Of a stretch of 64,000 bases of DNA, positions 10,040-22,685 are shown one piece after another. The translations under genes and the position numbers were made by a program. The stretch is from the NCBI GenBank assembly GCA_010909165.1, contig VJWM01000068.1, positions 930,001 to 994,000 of the forward strand, given 5' to 3'. This DNA comes from Anthoceros angustus (taxonomy: Eukaryota; Plantae; Anthocerotophyta). The stretch's first letter is position 1; each line of letters starts with the position of its first letter. The notes under the pieces were generated by a model. It was not told the origin of the DNA. It did not search any database and saw only the letters and a list, made by a program, of their open reading frames with translations.

Positions 10040-12600
10040 GTATGTCACGCATGTACGTAGGTATATCGAACAATGTGTTTCCTCTTTTTACGCTAATTAC
10101 GGTTTACTAGATCAAAAAATAAATTTAGAAAATTGCAATGAGGGTGTTTTCACCACCACAATTACCAAACTCATTTGCTCTATTCATACATGTGTTGGGA
10201 AAAAGGTTCGAGTGTGTGATGCATTGACCAGATTTTTCGAGTGCTATTCCGATCACCTTGCCAAGTGCTGCGGGTAAAGCATCTTCCCCCATGTAGCGTG
10301 CCACAAAGTTCCTTTCTTTAAGAAAACTTTGTCTCACATTCCTCACACACTCTTTTGCCTCCACACAAAGAATCAGCATGATCTGAGTCCTCTTGAAATA
10401 TCGAACTGATTTCCAAATACAAAAGTCGATTATCAAAACATGACTAGGGTTGAGCAAACCCCCACACCCTCACAGTCCCATGGGTCAAAGGGAGAGACTA
10501 TGGGGGACGGCTACTCTCCTACTGACTACATCCAGTCGGAAGACCGCCCGCTGTAGGTCTTGCTGGCAGTATCTAGAGGGTACCGTACTCTATACCGGTG
10601 GAACGGGCTAGGAGAGGGTGGAAGGCCAGGAGATAGCGGGCTGCCCTCCTCAACCGTTTCCGAGGAGCAGGCACCTCGAGTTCCATGAACTCATTGTCCC
10701 GGGTTTCTGGTTTAGAGGCATCTTTCAAGATCTCTTGGATATCAAGGCGCTTGCAGCCATGGAATTGAATCTTGTTTTTCCATTTGAAAAATTGTAGCTC
10801 TTCATCCTGGTTTGAGCGCAGTGCGCTCAAGAATTAGGACAATTAGAAAATGAAAAAAAAAAACACAAGTAAAATATAGCCTCCGGTGTATCCTGGGACA
10901 AACAACGCCCCCGCGCGTGGGCGCCTTCCGTCATAATGTCTAGCTCGCCGCATGCTGCCAATCAGGACCCCCTCGAATTCTAACGCTCCATCGGTTGTGG
11001 CCCAGTGCGAGGAGCAGGAGGAGCTGTCATCAAATTCCTCAGGGGGCAAACGCTTGCGTTTTCCTTCGAAGACCTCCTCACCACTGGATCTTCCGCCGTT
11101 GCTCAGCTCTCCCTCTCCGATCCAAGTTTCTAAGAAGACGAAAGGTGGCGCATGTTTGGGTACCCCTCCATTCGCTTGCGAGGCAGCCCCTCCCCCTAGG
11201 AAGAAATCAACCCGATGTTGGCAAATCCTGTACGACACTCCATCTTATTTCAACCGGATGCCCCTCCTCCCGATCCGCCATCATCTCCTTCTCCTCTCAT
11301 CCCGGCCGACCTCCTCCCCATCCTTTCTTTAAGAAAACTTTGTCTCACATTCCTCCACACACTCTTTTGCCTCCACACAAAGAATCAAGGCGATCCAGTC
11401 CTCTTGAAATATCGAATCGATTTCCAAATACAAAAGTCGATTATCAAAACATGACTAGGGTTGAGCAAACCCCACACCCTCCACAGTCCCATGGGTCAAG
11501 GGAGACTATGGGGACGGCTACTCTCCCTCACCCGGCTACATCGAGGAAGACCTGGCCAGGAGTCTTCTGGCCGCGTGATCTAGAGGGTACCAGACTCTAT
11601 CTGGGGTGGAACGGGCTAGGAGAGGGTGGAAGGCCAGGAGATAGCGGGCTGCCCTCCTCAACCGTTTCCGAGGAGCAGGCACCTCGAGTTCCATGAACTC
11701 ATTGTCCCGGGTTTCTGGTTTAGAGGCATCTTTCAGCATCTCGGATATCAAGGCGCTTGCAGCCATGGAATTGAATCTTGTTTTTCCATTTGAAAAATTG
11801 TAGCTCTTCATCCTGGTTTGAGCGCAGTGCGCTCAAGAATTAGGACAATTAGAAAATGAAAAAAAAAAACACAAGTAAAATATAGCCTCCGGTGTATCCT
11901 GGGACAAACAACGCCACAGGCGTCCTTCGTCATAATGTCTAGCTGTATGCGCCAATCAGACCCTCGAATTCTAACGCTCCATCGGTTTGTGGCGGTCAGG
12001 GAGGCAGGAGGAGCTGTCATCAAATTCCTCGGGGGCAACGCTATGCTTCCTTCAAGACCTCCTCACCACCGGATCTTCCGCTGCTCGCCTCTCCTCTCCG
12101 ATCCAAGTTTCTAAGAAGACGAAAGGTGGCGCATGTTTGGTGCCCTCCATTCGCTTATGGCAGCCCTCCCCTAGGAAGAAATCAACCCGATGTTGGCAAA
12201 TCAGACGACACTCCATCTTATTTCAACCGGATGCCCCTCCTCCCGATCATCATCTCCTTCTCCTCTCATCCTGGTCAGACCTCCTCCCCATCCTTTCTCT
12301 TCACTGAATGGCTTAATCATAAGGCTATGAGAGGGTTAATCCGTGATGCAGATCTCATGCTTCGGCAGCTCGCCCTTCTTGCTCGTGCTATAGACCATCA
12401 GGACTTCCTGCACTTGATGCCAATCAAAGAGTTCCCCTGTTTGGACCCCTTTCTGGCCACCCTATTGGAAAAACAAGCTGATCTCAACACATGTGAGATT
12501 GGCACCAGCAGCTCGACGCGGCATTCCAATCCTTCGATACTGCTCTCGGCATCACCTTCTCTGCCATGGAGGTCGAGTAAGCCTTCTTTTTGCATGGGCC
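10040..12600 (-). pseudogene. Fragmented unknown ORF, possibly with a PD-(D/E)xK-like nuclease motif, partly duplicated
   Basis: Minus-strand segments VLIIDFCIWK...LILCVEAK...VIGIAL and EELQFFKWKNKIQFHG; frames interrupted. Confidence 0.3.
10310..12298. repeat. Tandem duplication of ~1.01 kb (10310-11328 / 11321-12298)
   Basis: Collinear copies joined through an 8-bp microhomology, TCCTTTCT. Confidence 0.95.
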
Positions 12601-12911
12601 CCCCGAGTCACAAAGTCACATAGTCACATAGATACTGTTGTTTTTATTTTCTAAATATATAAAATCGTACTATCACTAAAAATAATATTATATAATTTTA
12701 AGTAATAAACTTTAGAATCTGGTGTTTATGTTGTAAATGAAGCACCTACTTGATGATTGAGCACTTAAATGATGTTTGTACATAGCTTTGCCACTAAGAA
12801 GAAACTTGTTAGAGTAAAAAACACAGCATGGCGTGTTGGCCGCTCTCACCTGAAATCAAATCTGAGCCACCTTTGGTGCCAAGCCTGTTGCTAGGGATCA
12901 AATCGAAGCGC

Positions 12912-13100
12912 GTGATAGGCTAGAATCCTCACCCAAGTGACAAGTTGGAATACTCACATGGGTGACAAGTTGGAACACTCACATGGGTGACAGACCGGAA
13001 TGATAGGGTGATAGGCCGGAATACTCACTTGGATGTCACTCGAAACACTCACCTGGATTGAACCTAGATCACACGAGTAACAGGTTGAAATACTTATTAG
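12912..13100. repeat. Degenerate ~25-bp minisatellite (GTGACAAGTTGGAATACTCACATGG-like), about 7 units
   Basis: Head-to-tail units with no unique spacers. Confidence 0.8.
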
Positions 13101-13502
13101 CCTAAGACAAGCAAATAATTTTATTTTATAAGTCCACTAAGGATGCATCATGGGGCATTTGGCCTAAAGCTATTTCGACAAATAACAACTTTAACTAATT
13201 GTTATGAATATCCCTAACTCAAAGTAAAACATGTAGGGGAGCATCTAAACTAGCTACAAATAGTAAGAACCATGTCACTATGGGAACACAACAAAGAAAG
13301 AATTATGTAGACTGGTCCTATAAAAGTTTTATCACCCAAATGTGAGTAAAAATTCCTTCCTTTTAGGAGTGACGTCCATGCATGGGTTCATCGGAACTGA
13401 ATATTTAAGCGTTCGAACTCCAGAAAAGTTGGAGAAAATTTTGGAAGCGAGGGAAAAGTTTGAGAAAAGTTTGGAAGCGAGGACGAAGATGGTGCATGAC
13501 AT

Positions 13503-13670
13503 AAGGCCATTTGGACACACATTTATAACAACGTCCTTGTTAAGCGTACTGCGCTTCAATCAATGCCTAGAGGCAGTGGATGCCCTTGGTGCTATGGTGC
13601 TATTAGCTTAGGCTTAGGCATGGTACAAGTTGTCAAGTACTAAGTACCATGATAAAGAAAATTCCATCCT
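13503..13670 (+). mobile_element. Diverged, truncated copy of the small hairpin-ended repeat family
   Basis: GGCCATTTGGACACACATTTATAA and CATGGTACAAGTTG shared with 13915-14150 and 22660-22849. Confidence 0.65.
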
Positions 13671-13914
13671 AGGACGGCCCATGATCCTCCAAGGTGATCC
13701 TCCAGCGCCAAAGCACTGAGTTCCCTTCCCCAGACCCCGACTTCGTTGAGCCGAGTGCCCAAGCCGAAGCCCTCACATTATTAATTATTAATACGACGTC
13801 CTACGTCGAAAGTGGACTACAGGTAGTAAACTTCCCCTTGCCCCTACTCCCTCTCTAGGAAAGTGGACTACAGGTAATAAACTTCCCCTTGCCCCTACTC
13901 CCTCTCTAGGTTAT

Positions 13915-14150
13915 CCAAATGGCTTAGGCCAAATGGACACACATTTATAAGAACTTTGTGATTAAACATCCTGCACTTAGATCGATACTTAGATGGGGTG
14001 CTTAAAGGGAGTGGATGCCCTTTTGTGCAAGAAGCTTAGGCACCCCATGGTACAAGTTGTTAAGTACCAGGTCAAGCTTAGGCAAGTTGTTAAGTACCAA
14101 GTCCCACGGCGAAAATCCTTCCTTAGTGCACTTAAATAAAATTCTTCTTT
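13915..14150 (+). mobile_element. Small non-autonomous repeat with a hairpin at one end and CCTTAGTG.ACTTAAATAAAATTCTTCTT at the other
   Basis: Aligns along its length to the reverse complement of 22660-22849. Confidence 0.75.
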
Positions 14151-14602
14151 TCTCTTAACTTCTACTCCAAGAAAGTTTGCGATTGCTAACTCGGAGCTGT
14201 CCATAAAGGAGGCTGAGATTTCAACATACTTTGGTGACACTAGTCGAGATAACTCGGAGCTGTCCGTAAAGGAGGCCGCGATTTCAACATACTTCGGTGA
14301 CACTAGTCGAGACCTGCTGTCAGTGTGCTGGGACAGACAGAATACATACAACGTTCAGTTGGCAATGGTAGGGACTTGAGAAAGCCCTTTGGCAGTGCGG
14401 GCAGTTAGAGGGTCTCGATAGCGTACTGCTCCCACATAGAAAAGGCAAACCTCCCTGGAGCTGGGAACGGAACTCTAGCAGGCAAGCAAGGCACCTTTTC
14501 CAGCGCCGCACTTAAACCGCAAGAAACTGGCATTGGTTATGCTTGTAGCAGAGTCCCAGCGGGAGCATCCGCACTGTCGAAGCTTTGCCTTCGAAAAATA
14601 CG

Positions 14603-15582
14603 TCAAATAGCAGAGTCTTCTCCACCGTCTTCCGCTCCCAACACGGTAGCGTCTAATCTGCTCTTCTTAGAAGGCCTCGTTGCTTCTTCTGTGCCACCAT
14701 CCACTCCCCTTTTCCCATCTCGCTGATCGGGGCCAGCAATTTGCAGGGCTGCAGGTTCTTCTTCCTGCTCTGTTCTCTGCTCAGAATTTGTTGGTAGACT
14801 CGGGCCTATGACCACGGCGACCGCACTCTCATCCTCCTCATCAACTTCTTCCACAGACGGCACACACGTGAGCTCGGGCCTGGTTGCAACCGCCTGTGCT
14901 GCCTTCTTCTGCTCCTTCCGTTTAGCTTCTGTACTTCTCCTCTCCTCCGCTGCCGCTTCCAAGACAGCCAGGAAACCCTCTTCCCGAGCCAGATCACCGG
15001 GCCTCTTCCCGGCCTTGTTCTGAGCCGACAAGTTGGCGCCTCTCTTGATCAGGAGCTTGGCAGTATCTTCGTGCCGGCCTTGCGCCGCGTAATGCAGCGG
15101 TGTCATGCCCTTCCGAGTGCGGGAATTCAGGTTCGCTCCTGCGGCAAGGAGCAGCCGCGCCACCTCCGCATGCCCTTTCTGACATGCGAAGTGGATGGCG
15201 GCCATGTCGTCCGCAGCCGCTGCTCCAACATCTGCATTTCTCTCGCACAGAACCCTCACAGCCTCTGCCTGGCCTGCCCAGGCGGCCAAGTGCAGCCTGG
15301 CGAATTTGTCAAGGTGGTCCCAATCCCACAGCCTTGCAGGCAATCCCCCACAGCTACGCAGCACTAGCACTCCTAAACCCTAGACCCCCGGAAATGCAAC
15401 AGGAACTCCGTCTGCAGGGCAGCAAGAAACAGCAGAATTGGATACGGCGTGCGAGAGTGGCGATCCCGATCGTTAACAGACTGCGGCTCGGCTGCTAACA
15501 TGCTGCAAATTGCCCAGACATCCCCCGCCCGGGCTGCGGTGTGCAAATCGGCTGCTCCTCCTCCTGCCTCTGGGCTGGCCAT
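14603..15582 (-). CDS. Ankyrin-repeat protein (~276 aa) with charged C-terminal tail; 2 exons (15582-15446, 15296-14603)
   Basis: ANK motifs LHTAARAG, TP|LHLAAWAG, AIHFACQKG and TPLHYAAQG; the GT-AG intron 15445-15297 keeps the frame. Confidence 0.93.
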
Positions 15583-16419
15583 TGTCTCTCGCTATCCTTT
15601 GCATAACCTTTTAACTCCGTCCGGACTTTAATACACGACCAGCTGTGGGACACTTCTCTTGTTCTCACGATGATCCTCGACAGACTGCTGCTGCATCACA
15701 GGTGCTCATGTTATTTGCCGTGGTGCCTTCAAGTGTTAAGCACTTGCAATCTGAGGCATGCCCTTGCCATCTGGGGCTATGCACTTGCCATCTGCGGCTA
15801 TGCCCTTGCCATCTGGGATGTCACATGGACTCCGTGCACTGTTCGAAATTTCAAATGTGGAAAATCCCTCGAACGGCCTTGTGAACCTCACACGTAAAAG
15901 GAGCCTCAAGAACTAGCAGCCGCTAAAGAACAAAGACCTGCAATGACAGAGCACTGCAGATAGCTTGAATTGGCTATACCACATCCATCACAAGCATTGA
16001 ACAATCTTTGCAACTCTTATTGGGTCAATCCAGCACCAGACCAGGTGTTTCCACAAGAAGATGTGCAGGTTGATAGAGAATAATGGTTCACTCTTGCGGC
16101 TAGTTGTAAGCGGAGATGTGCACGGACATCTCGCTAGCTTGATAACACGTGATAGCTGGCCGTGGCACTAGTAGAACTGTGCGCTGAAATACTAATGCTT
16201 GTGAGCTGAAAGAGACCATCGCATGCCTGGCTATCTATCAGCTTGCTACGTAACTGTATGTGCCTGACCTGACCGTCGTTGCATCTGCCTTGTCTAGCAT
16301 GCTATGTGCTGCATAACTCACGATACAAGCAATGTCGTGACCTTGTCTGTCTTAAACCGGAGAGCACCGGAGACGGAGGGCCGCCCCCCCAAGAATAGGC
16401 GGGTTCAGGATGATGAGGA

Positions 16420-18466
16420 TTGGGAGGGGATTCCGGACTCCTACGACTGGAACGGACCCCCTCGCCGCCCCGGGAAGTATGGGAAGAAATTCCCGCTTCC
16501 CTTCTCTTAATCCCTCCACCGGAGCACCCTATGCCGGAGGTGACTGCAGCAGGGAGGGAGCTGGTGGTAGCAGTACCAATAGGCCAGCAACCTGCGACGG
16601 CCCCAGCCAACGAATCCCGCAGGACCAGGCGGGGGGTAAAGAAGAGGAAGACGGCCTCCACCACCACAGCCCCCAGGACCGCTCCGGTCCCTCTGCCCTT
16701 GCCGACGGAGTGGCAGGAAGCAGAGGAGGTAGTGAGAAGGGCGGAGCGAGATGCGGCCCAGGGAGCGGGGGGACACTGGCACCAACCCCACCCCGAGCCC
16801 GTCCTGTCACCAACTAGGAGGGGTAAGCGAGCCAGCTCCCGGACCCCCTCACCACCTCCGGACCCCAAGAGAAGGCGAGCGGAGAAGGAGTTAGCAGCCA
16901 AGAAGGCTAAGGAGGTGGAAGCCCGGACGAACACTCGGACACGAGGGTCCCAATTGTCCGAGTCCCTAGTCCGCCTCCGGGATGGAATGGTTTAACGGAC
17001 CGAGCGGTACCCGAGCCCGCAGTGGACTTCACGGGTATCTCCCCAGCGGCGGCCGTGGAAGAGACACGGAGGGTGCTCGCAGCTGTCATGGACGGTGTGC
17101 TTTGGGGACTCTGCGGAACAGCAGAGAAGACCCAGGAAGTGGAGGCCACTCGAAGAAGAATGGTGGAACTTTAAGGCCAGGCAGAGGCGGCCCAAGCGGC
17201 CAAGAGAAAGGCGGAGACCCTCGCTAGAGTCGAGGAGGAGAAGCGCCGGGCGGCCGAATCTGAGGCCAGGTCCGCCCAACAAGACACGGCTAGGGTGCTC
17301 CAGCTGTGTGAACAGTTGAAGCACGCGCAGGAGGCACAAGCAAAGGCGGAGGACCTTTGTAGGCGGAGAGGAGCGGCCCAAGAAGAGGCAGAGGAGGCGA
17401 GAAGGCAGGCGAAGAGGGCCAAGGACCCGCCGACCGCCTGCAAGAATAAAGACAAGCCCGGGAGGCCCAGTGAGCAGGCAGGAGGCGAGCCTCGGCGAGG
17501 CGGATAGGGACCACTACCGGCGGGATCGGAACCGGTGGAGGGAGGCGGCGGGAGTAGCCGCGGCCAACCTGAAGGCCGAAAGCATGGCGGCGAGGGCACG
17601 GCAAGCCGTGAAGAAGAGAGGGAGGCCAGCACCCGGGAGATGGAAGATCTCCGGCACTGCAGGCAGCAATGGAGGAGGCCAGAGGTGGAGGACTGCAAGG
17701 AGACCTGAGCTACCCTGTAACGGAGGAGCGGAATGGAATTCTCCAAAGGAGAATCATGGACCACGAGCGCGAGATAGAGCGACTCCAGCTCTGTTGGAGG
17801 GTGAAGGAGAGTCGACGGCGAAGTAAGGAGCAGGAAATCACCGAATTGGAGAAAGACTTGGAGGAAGCCAAGGGTCGGGCGAAGCTGCCGGACCGCCTGG
17901 AAAGGGAGATGGTGGCCCTCCAGGCAAGGATGGATGGCGGGGAGAGGGCTCGAGGAGGAGGCGAGGAGGCGAGGAGGCGAGAAGGGCGTCACACCATGGC
18001 CAGTAAGTTGGCCGAACTACAGCGACGGCGGGAGGAGGATCACGCGGAGCAGCAGCAGAGGCTGCAGGAAGTGGTGGAGGCAGCCTTGGCCGCCTCGAGA
18101 GACCCAGCCAGACTCCAAATGGCGAGCCTTGCGTTAGAGACGGCCCAGCAGGCCACTCAGCACGCCCAACTGCCAGAGCACCTTTGGAGGAGGGAATACC
18201 GGGTGCTCCGGGTCCATGTGGAGGAGGCCATCCAGCAAGTCGACTCAGACTTCGCCTACTACCACGCGGAGCTCCTCAAGGCGCTGGATGTCCAGTCTCA
18301 CCCCCGACAGATTGAAGGACCATTGGAAGGGTCGAGGAGGAGGCGAGGCGGACCCTCGGATAGCACCGCCATGGGGACCGGGGCCTGTTCGGGGATGAGA
18401 GCAGCAGCGGAGAAGGGGAGCACCGGGACGAGAGGGATACGGCGAACACCACCAGACAAGAGGTAA
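16420..18466 (+). pseudogene. Frameshifted Pro-rich/coiled-coil ORF of element E2
   Basis: ORF pieces 16420-16995, 17295-17507 and 17669-18466; PREVWEEIPASLLLIP and EYRVLRVHVEEAIQQVDSDFAYYHAELLKAL. Confidence 0.7.
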
Positions 18467-19056
18467 GTCCGTCGCACCCCACAAGGGAAGAAGAAGAGGG
18501 GGGCCCCGAGTGGGTCAGAGAAGGAGAAGTCCATGGGGATCCAAGACAAGCAGGGGGTCCGGTGGGTGAAGACGGACCCTCGGAGAATGCTCTGGGCGAG
18601 GGTGTCCAGGAACCCGCGAGACTGGACCCTGAAGTCCGGACTCCGGAAGTGAGACCGGACCCCGAAGTCCGGACTCTAGAAATGAGGCCGGACCGAGGGG
18701 TCCGAACTCAGGAGGGGGAAGGGGTGGATGAGGGGATCACTGCCCCACCAGTGAGAGCCTACAGTGGACCCGCAGGCGGACCCACCAGCGAGTTAAGGGG
18801 GGGCGAAGAGGAGGACTTGGTGGTCACTGCGGTTGTCAGGCCGCCTGTAGCTTCGTGAGTCTTGGGAAGAGGGAGGGGCCCCGCACCGTGGATCATCCGA
18901 TTGGGTGCGCCGCAACTACCACAGCTAGGGATTGGGCAGGTGCTGTAAGGTGCATGGGCACCTCGCCCCTCACCGGGCCAGAGACTGGGTAAGCTAAGGG
19001 AAATAGTGGGGCTGGGGGCTAGGGCCATTGAGCTGGACATCAGCTTAGAATAGGAG

Positions 19057-19721
19057 TGTAATAAAGACGCCTCCTCAGGGCGTAGTATAAGAGGGCAGAG
19101 GCCGCTCTAGTAAAGCATCTTTCTTTTGGGGTTGATACCGCGTTCTCTTTGCAGACCCTTGTGTGTCCTTTGCTAACTCGAGTCCAGTCGAAAGGCAAGA
19201 CCTCGAGAGATCGATCCGAGGTCCCGTGACGGACCCTAACGTGTGGTGGTGTGTGCAGGAGCAGACGACCAGGGACCCTTGCTCTTTCGAGGCAGGAGGC
19301 CGACGTCGGGTAGACCGGAACGCGTGAGACCAGCGGAACCCCCGAAGGGCGTGCAAAGCCCGGACGAAGAGGCCTGGCTGAACGGCGGCGAAGGTCCGGA
19401 CCACGCAAACCCACCCACGATTTTCCAACTGGTAATGTGCGTAGTGAGTGTGGTAGGAGAGACGGACTAGACGGGACATAGGACGGACCGGTAGGAAACG
19501 GACGTGAACGAGTCCTTAAACGTTTGGCCACGCCGGGCCTGTTTGGCGGACGCTTAAGAGTAATTAGGAGTGAAAACGATCGCGTTGAGATCTCGGATAG
19601 AAACTGCCACGACGACGAGGCGAGAATCGGTCCGCGACGTGCAAAACAGAACCAATCATTCCCTTGGGAACGGACCCCTTACTGCAACGACACGGGATTG
19701 TGCAGCGAAAGTCGCGCCACG
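19057..19721 (+). repeat. LTR-like segment of E2 (665 bp)
   Basis: TGTAATAAAGACGCC start, TATAAGAGGG, ends GTCGCGCCACG; homologous to 4586-5223. Confidence 0.5.
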
Positions 19722-22430
19722 GCGGCGCCTCCGCTCCTCCTCCGCAGCCCCCGCCTCCAGCCTCGCCTAATCTGCCGCTTCCGCCGGCGTCGAGATGCCG
19801 CGGTGATGGGCGGGTTGTTCCGCCCGTACACCACCTTTCTCAAGCGCACTGGCGCGCTCCAATCCCACTCCCCTACCGCGATCGCCGCCAGCACTGCTGG
19901 CGTTGGCTCTCCATCCGCCGTCAGCAAGGCGTCGCCCCCATCCACAACATGCAAAAGCCCGCCCTCGTTGCCGCTATCGCCACGCTGAGGGCGTCGCCGT
20001 CCTTTCTTTAGCGCAATCCTCAATCACCACGCAGCCTCAGCATGTGATCTTGGCGGCGAGGCCGGCGTCGGGCGAAACGCCACTTGGTCGAAGTCGGATC
20101 TCAGCGTCCGACCTCCCGTTCGAGTTGTGTCCGCTCCACCGCCCATGTCTAGATCCTCTCCGTCCAAATCCGCATCCGCAGGCGGATTGCCATCTGCTTG
20201 GTCCTCATCCCTTGTGCTTAGAGCTGCAGCAACAGCGGTTTTTGGTTATTGCATGGGGGGCCGAAGCATGCGCCGTAGGAAGGCCGCAGTAGGAGATGGG
20301 GTTTGATGCAAGCTGTGCAATTTTGCGATGTGTGCAGTGGACATCTTTTTTTGATGAATGGAATGGCTCCCCTTCGGTATAAACACCGGTAGTTTGCAGG
20401 GACCCTAATCAACCTTGGTGCGGTTGTTGGGTAGACGGTGGTGGTGGTGGTGGTGTGCCTAATTGCTGCAGAATACCAATTCCCTGGGTTGACGAAAACT
20501 GTCCCAACAGCGGGTCCCCTTCACCTCACCGTGACGCAATTGCAAACCTCCCCACTTTCAGTGCTTGCAGAAAGAGGGAGCATATATAGAAAATGTCGGG
20601 ATAGAACGCAAGGGGTGCAACACTGGCACCCTTAGAAGGAGGGAAGCCGGTGCAATAGCATGTGATACTGGCGACAGATGGTGGGAACGGTCTCGCGACG
20701 AGAGTTTGTGGCGAGAATTCTGTGGTCACCCCTTACTATGGTCGGATCACTGGCAAAATAGAAAAAGCCATAGAAGGCCTAACTCCATCAGGTCCCACCA
20801 GTTTCTCAGTAAGAGCGGAGCAACGGAGTGACGGTGGGCAGAGGCCATCTTTGGAAGAAGAAGGAGAGCGAGGCACCCCACTCCGGAGGCGGGCACAAGG
20901 GAGAGGAAGCACGACTACGAGGACTCGGACACGGTGTCGGAAGTGGAAGTGGGGCGGCCAAGGCCGGTGCCTCCAACGACGAATGCCCGTACACGGGCTG
21001 CTGGAGGCGGCGACGCGGCCGAACGAGACAGGAGGGCAATGTGCCGCGGAATGCGAAGCGCCGTGGAGGCAATGGAGGGCACGATGGAAGTTCTCGGACA
21101 GGTGATGGAGGGCATGGAGGACGACGCGGAGTAGGCTTGGTCCTCATGCCTTGTGCTTGGAGCTGCAGCAATAGCAGTTTTTAGCATTATGGTAGGGGGC
21201 CGAAGCATGCTACGGAGGCGGGGCCGCAGTAGGAGATAGGGTTTGATGCAAGCTGTGCAATGTTGCGATGTGTGCAGTGGACACCCTTTTATGATCAATG
21301 GAATAGCTCCCTTTTGCTGTGAACTTCGTGTCGTTGGAGGGGCCGTACACTTTGTTGGTGAGGTTGATGGGTTGACGCTGCTGCTGGTGCGCGTAATGGC
21401 TGCAGATGCTGGAAGGTTCACATGTTGCCGGGGTTTGCGAACCTGTTCCCTAAGCCCCATCAAGGCTCTTCGGATTGCAGGGGGGCAGCATGATGCTTCC
21501 ACTGCATTTGACAGTTTGTCACCGCCTTTGCGTATGTTCTCTGGCCCTTCCATCAAACTCAGCGTGTGTTGTAAATTGTTCCTCTTGTCCCAGAAGTTGA
21601 GAGGCAGCAATTCCTAGAATTGGGTTTGTTGGAGTAACACAGCCCATTGCAGTGCACTGCATGTTTGAAAGCAATGCAGGGCAGACTCGCATAATGGCCC
21701 TGTTCGAAGGTTTATGTGAAAGACATCAGATGAAACGATGTGCTCAATGCAACGTGAGAGGAGCATGTCCTGAACTGGCCTTGCCTAGCTGTTCTTCAGG
21801 GTCAACTTCTGTGCATCTGAAGAAACGCGCAACGGAGAAGGATATCTGCTACACCCGTCAATCGCTGGCATCAGAGCAGTGGTAGAACGAATTTCAGCAC
21901 AAGATTACCCAAATCCTGCCACAGATAGAGTCTGCTACATGCACCAGGTTCCTTCTTTCAATTGAAGGCGGCTTTCATATTCCAAGAATATTGCCAACCC
22001 TGGACACGCCCGCGGCCGTGTCCGCGTGTTCTTCGACAGGAACAATGGAATCGTGTTTTTGTTAGGGAACCTATGATGCTGGAAACATTAAGAAGCCTGA
22101 TCCTCCTCGGAACAGTAAGAAGCACGAGCATGCGCGAAACTAGAAGACCGCCGGCCGCGGCCGTCATTGCCTTCGAAGACCATGACCACGGCTGAGGTAG
22201 GGTTTGGCAAGCACATTGCTGCGGCCGGCGCGGCGGGCGGGTTAGGGTTTGGCGGCCATGAAATAGCATCGAAGAAAACATATTCGCACAAGGTAGGGCG
22301 GCAGACTTTGAAAACATTGTGTCTCGGCTCTTTGTTTTCAAAGTTGGAAGGACAGAAAAATTTTGAAGCAAACAACCCGTTTGGAGGAGGAAAACTATGT
22401 GTCCCCTTTGGTGCTTGGCCGCTCTTGGTT

Positions 22431-22685
22431 AGGGCGCCAAAGCGGACATAACACCATGTGCTGTGAGAAAACAATCCGTACTCGAATCTAAGGTATATTC
22501 CTCAAGATGCCTACACCTTGCATGAAGAAGAAGAAGAATTTTATTTAAGTCCACTAAGGGCGCCAAAGCGGACATAACACCATGTGCTGTGAGAAAACAA
22601 TCCGTACTCGAATCTAAGGTATATTCCTCAAGATGCCTACACCTTGCATGAAGAAGAAGAAGAATTTTATTTAAGTTCACTAAGG
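22431..22685. repeat. 126-bp tandem duplication overlapping one end of the hairpin-ended repeat
   Basis: AGGGCGCCAAAGCGG recurs at 22431 and 22557; one C/T difference (GTCCAC vs GTTCAC). Confidence 0.95.

Larger units (their letters stand above)
16390..19721 (+). mobile_element. Element E2, a diverged relative of E1
   Basis: Same order as E1: coiled-coil ORF, GGACC-type tandem array (~18620-18710), conserved 22-mer, purine-rich AGAATAGGAG, then the LTR-like segment. Confidence 0.6.

Noticed and set aside
12398-12595. LDLHG as an Smr/MutS2 domain
   Set aside because: The rest of the Smr pattern (helix, then ITGxG) is absent; the ORF is short
12912-13100. Repeat array as CRISPR
   Set aside because: Units are directly adjacent with no unique spacers, there are no cas genes, and the context is eukaryotic
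15755-15820. Three 21-bp repeats (CTTGCCATCTG.GGCTATGC) as a coding repeat
   Set aside because: No supported ORF or splice structure around them
17171-17992. 273-aa minus-strand ORF
   Set aside because: Antisense shadow of the GC-rich coiled-coil ORF; the synonymous pattern supports the plus strand
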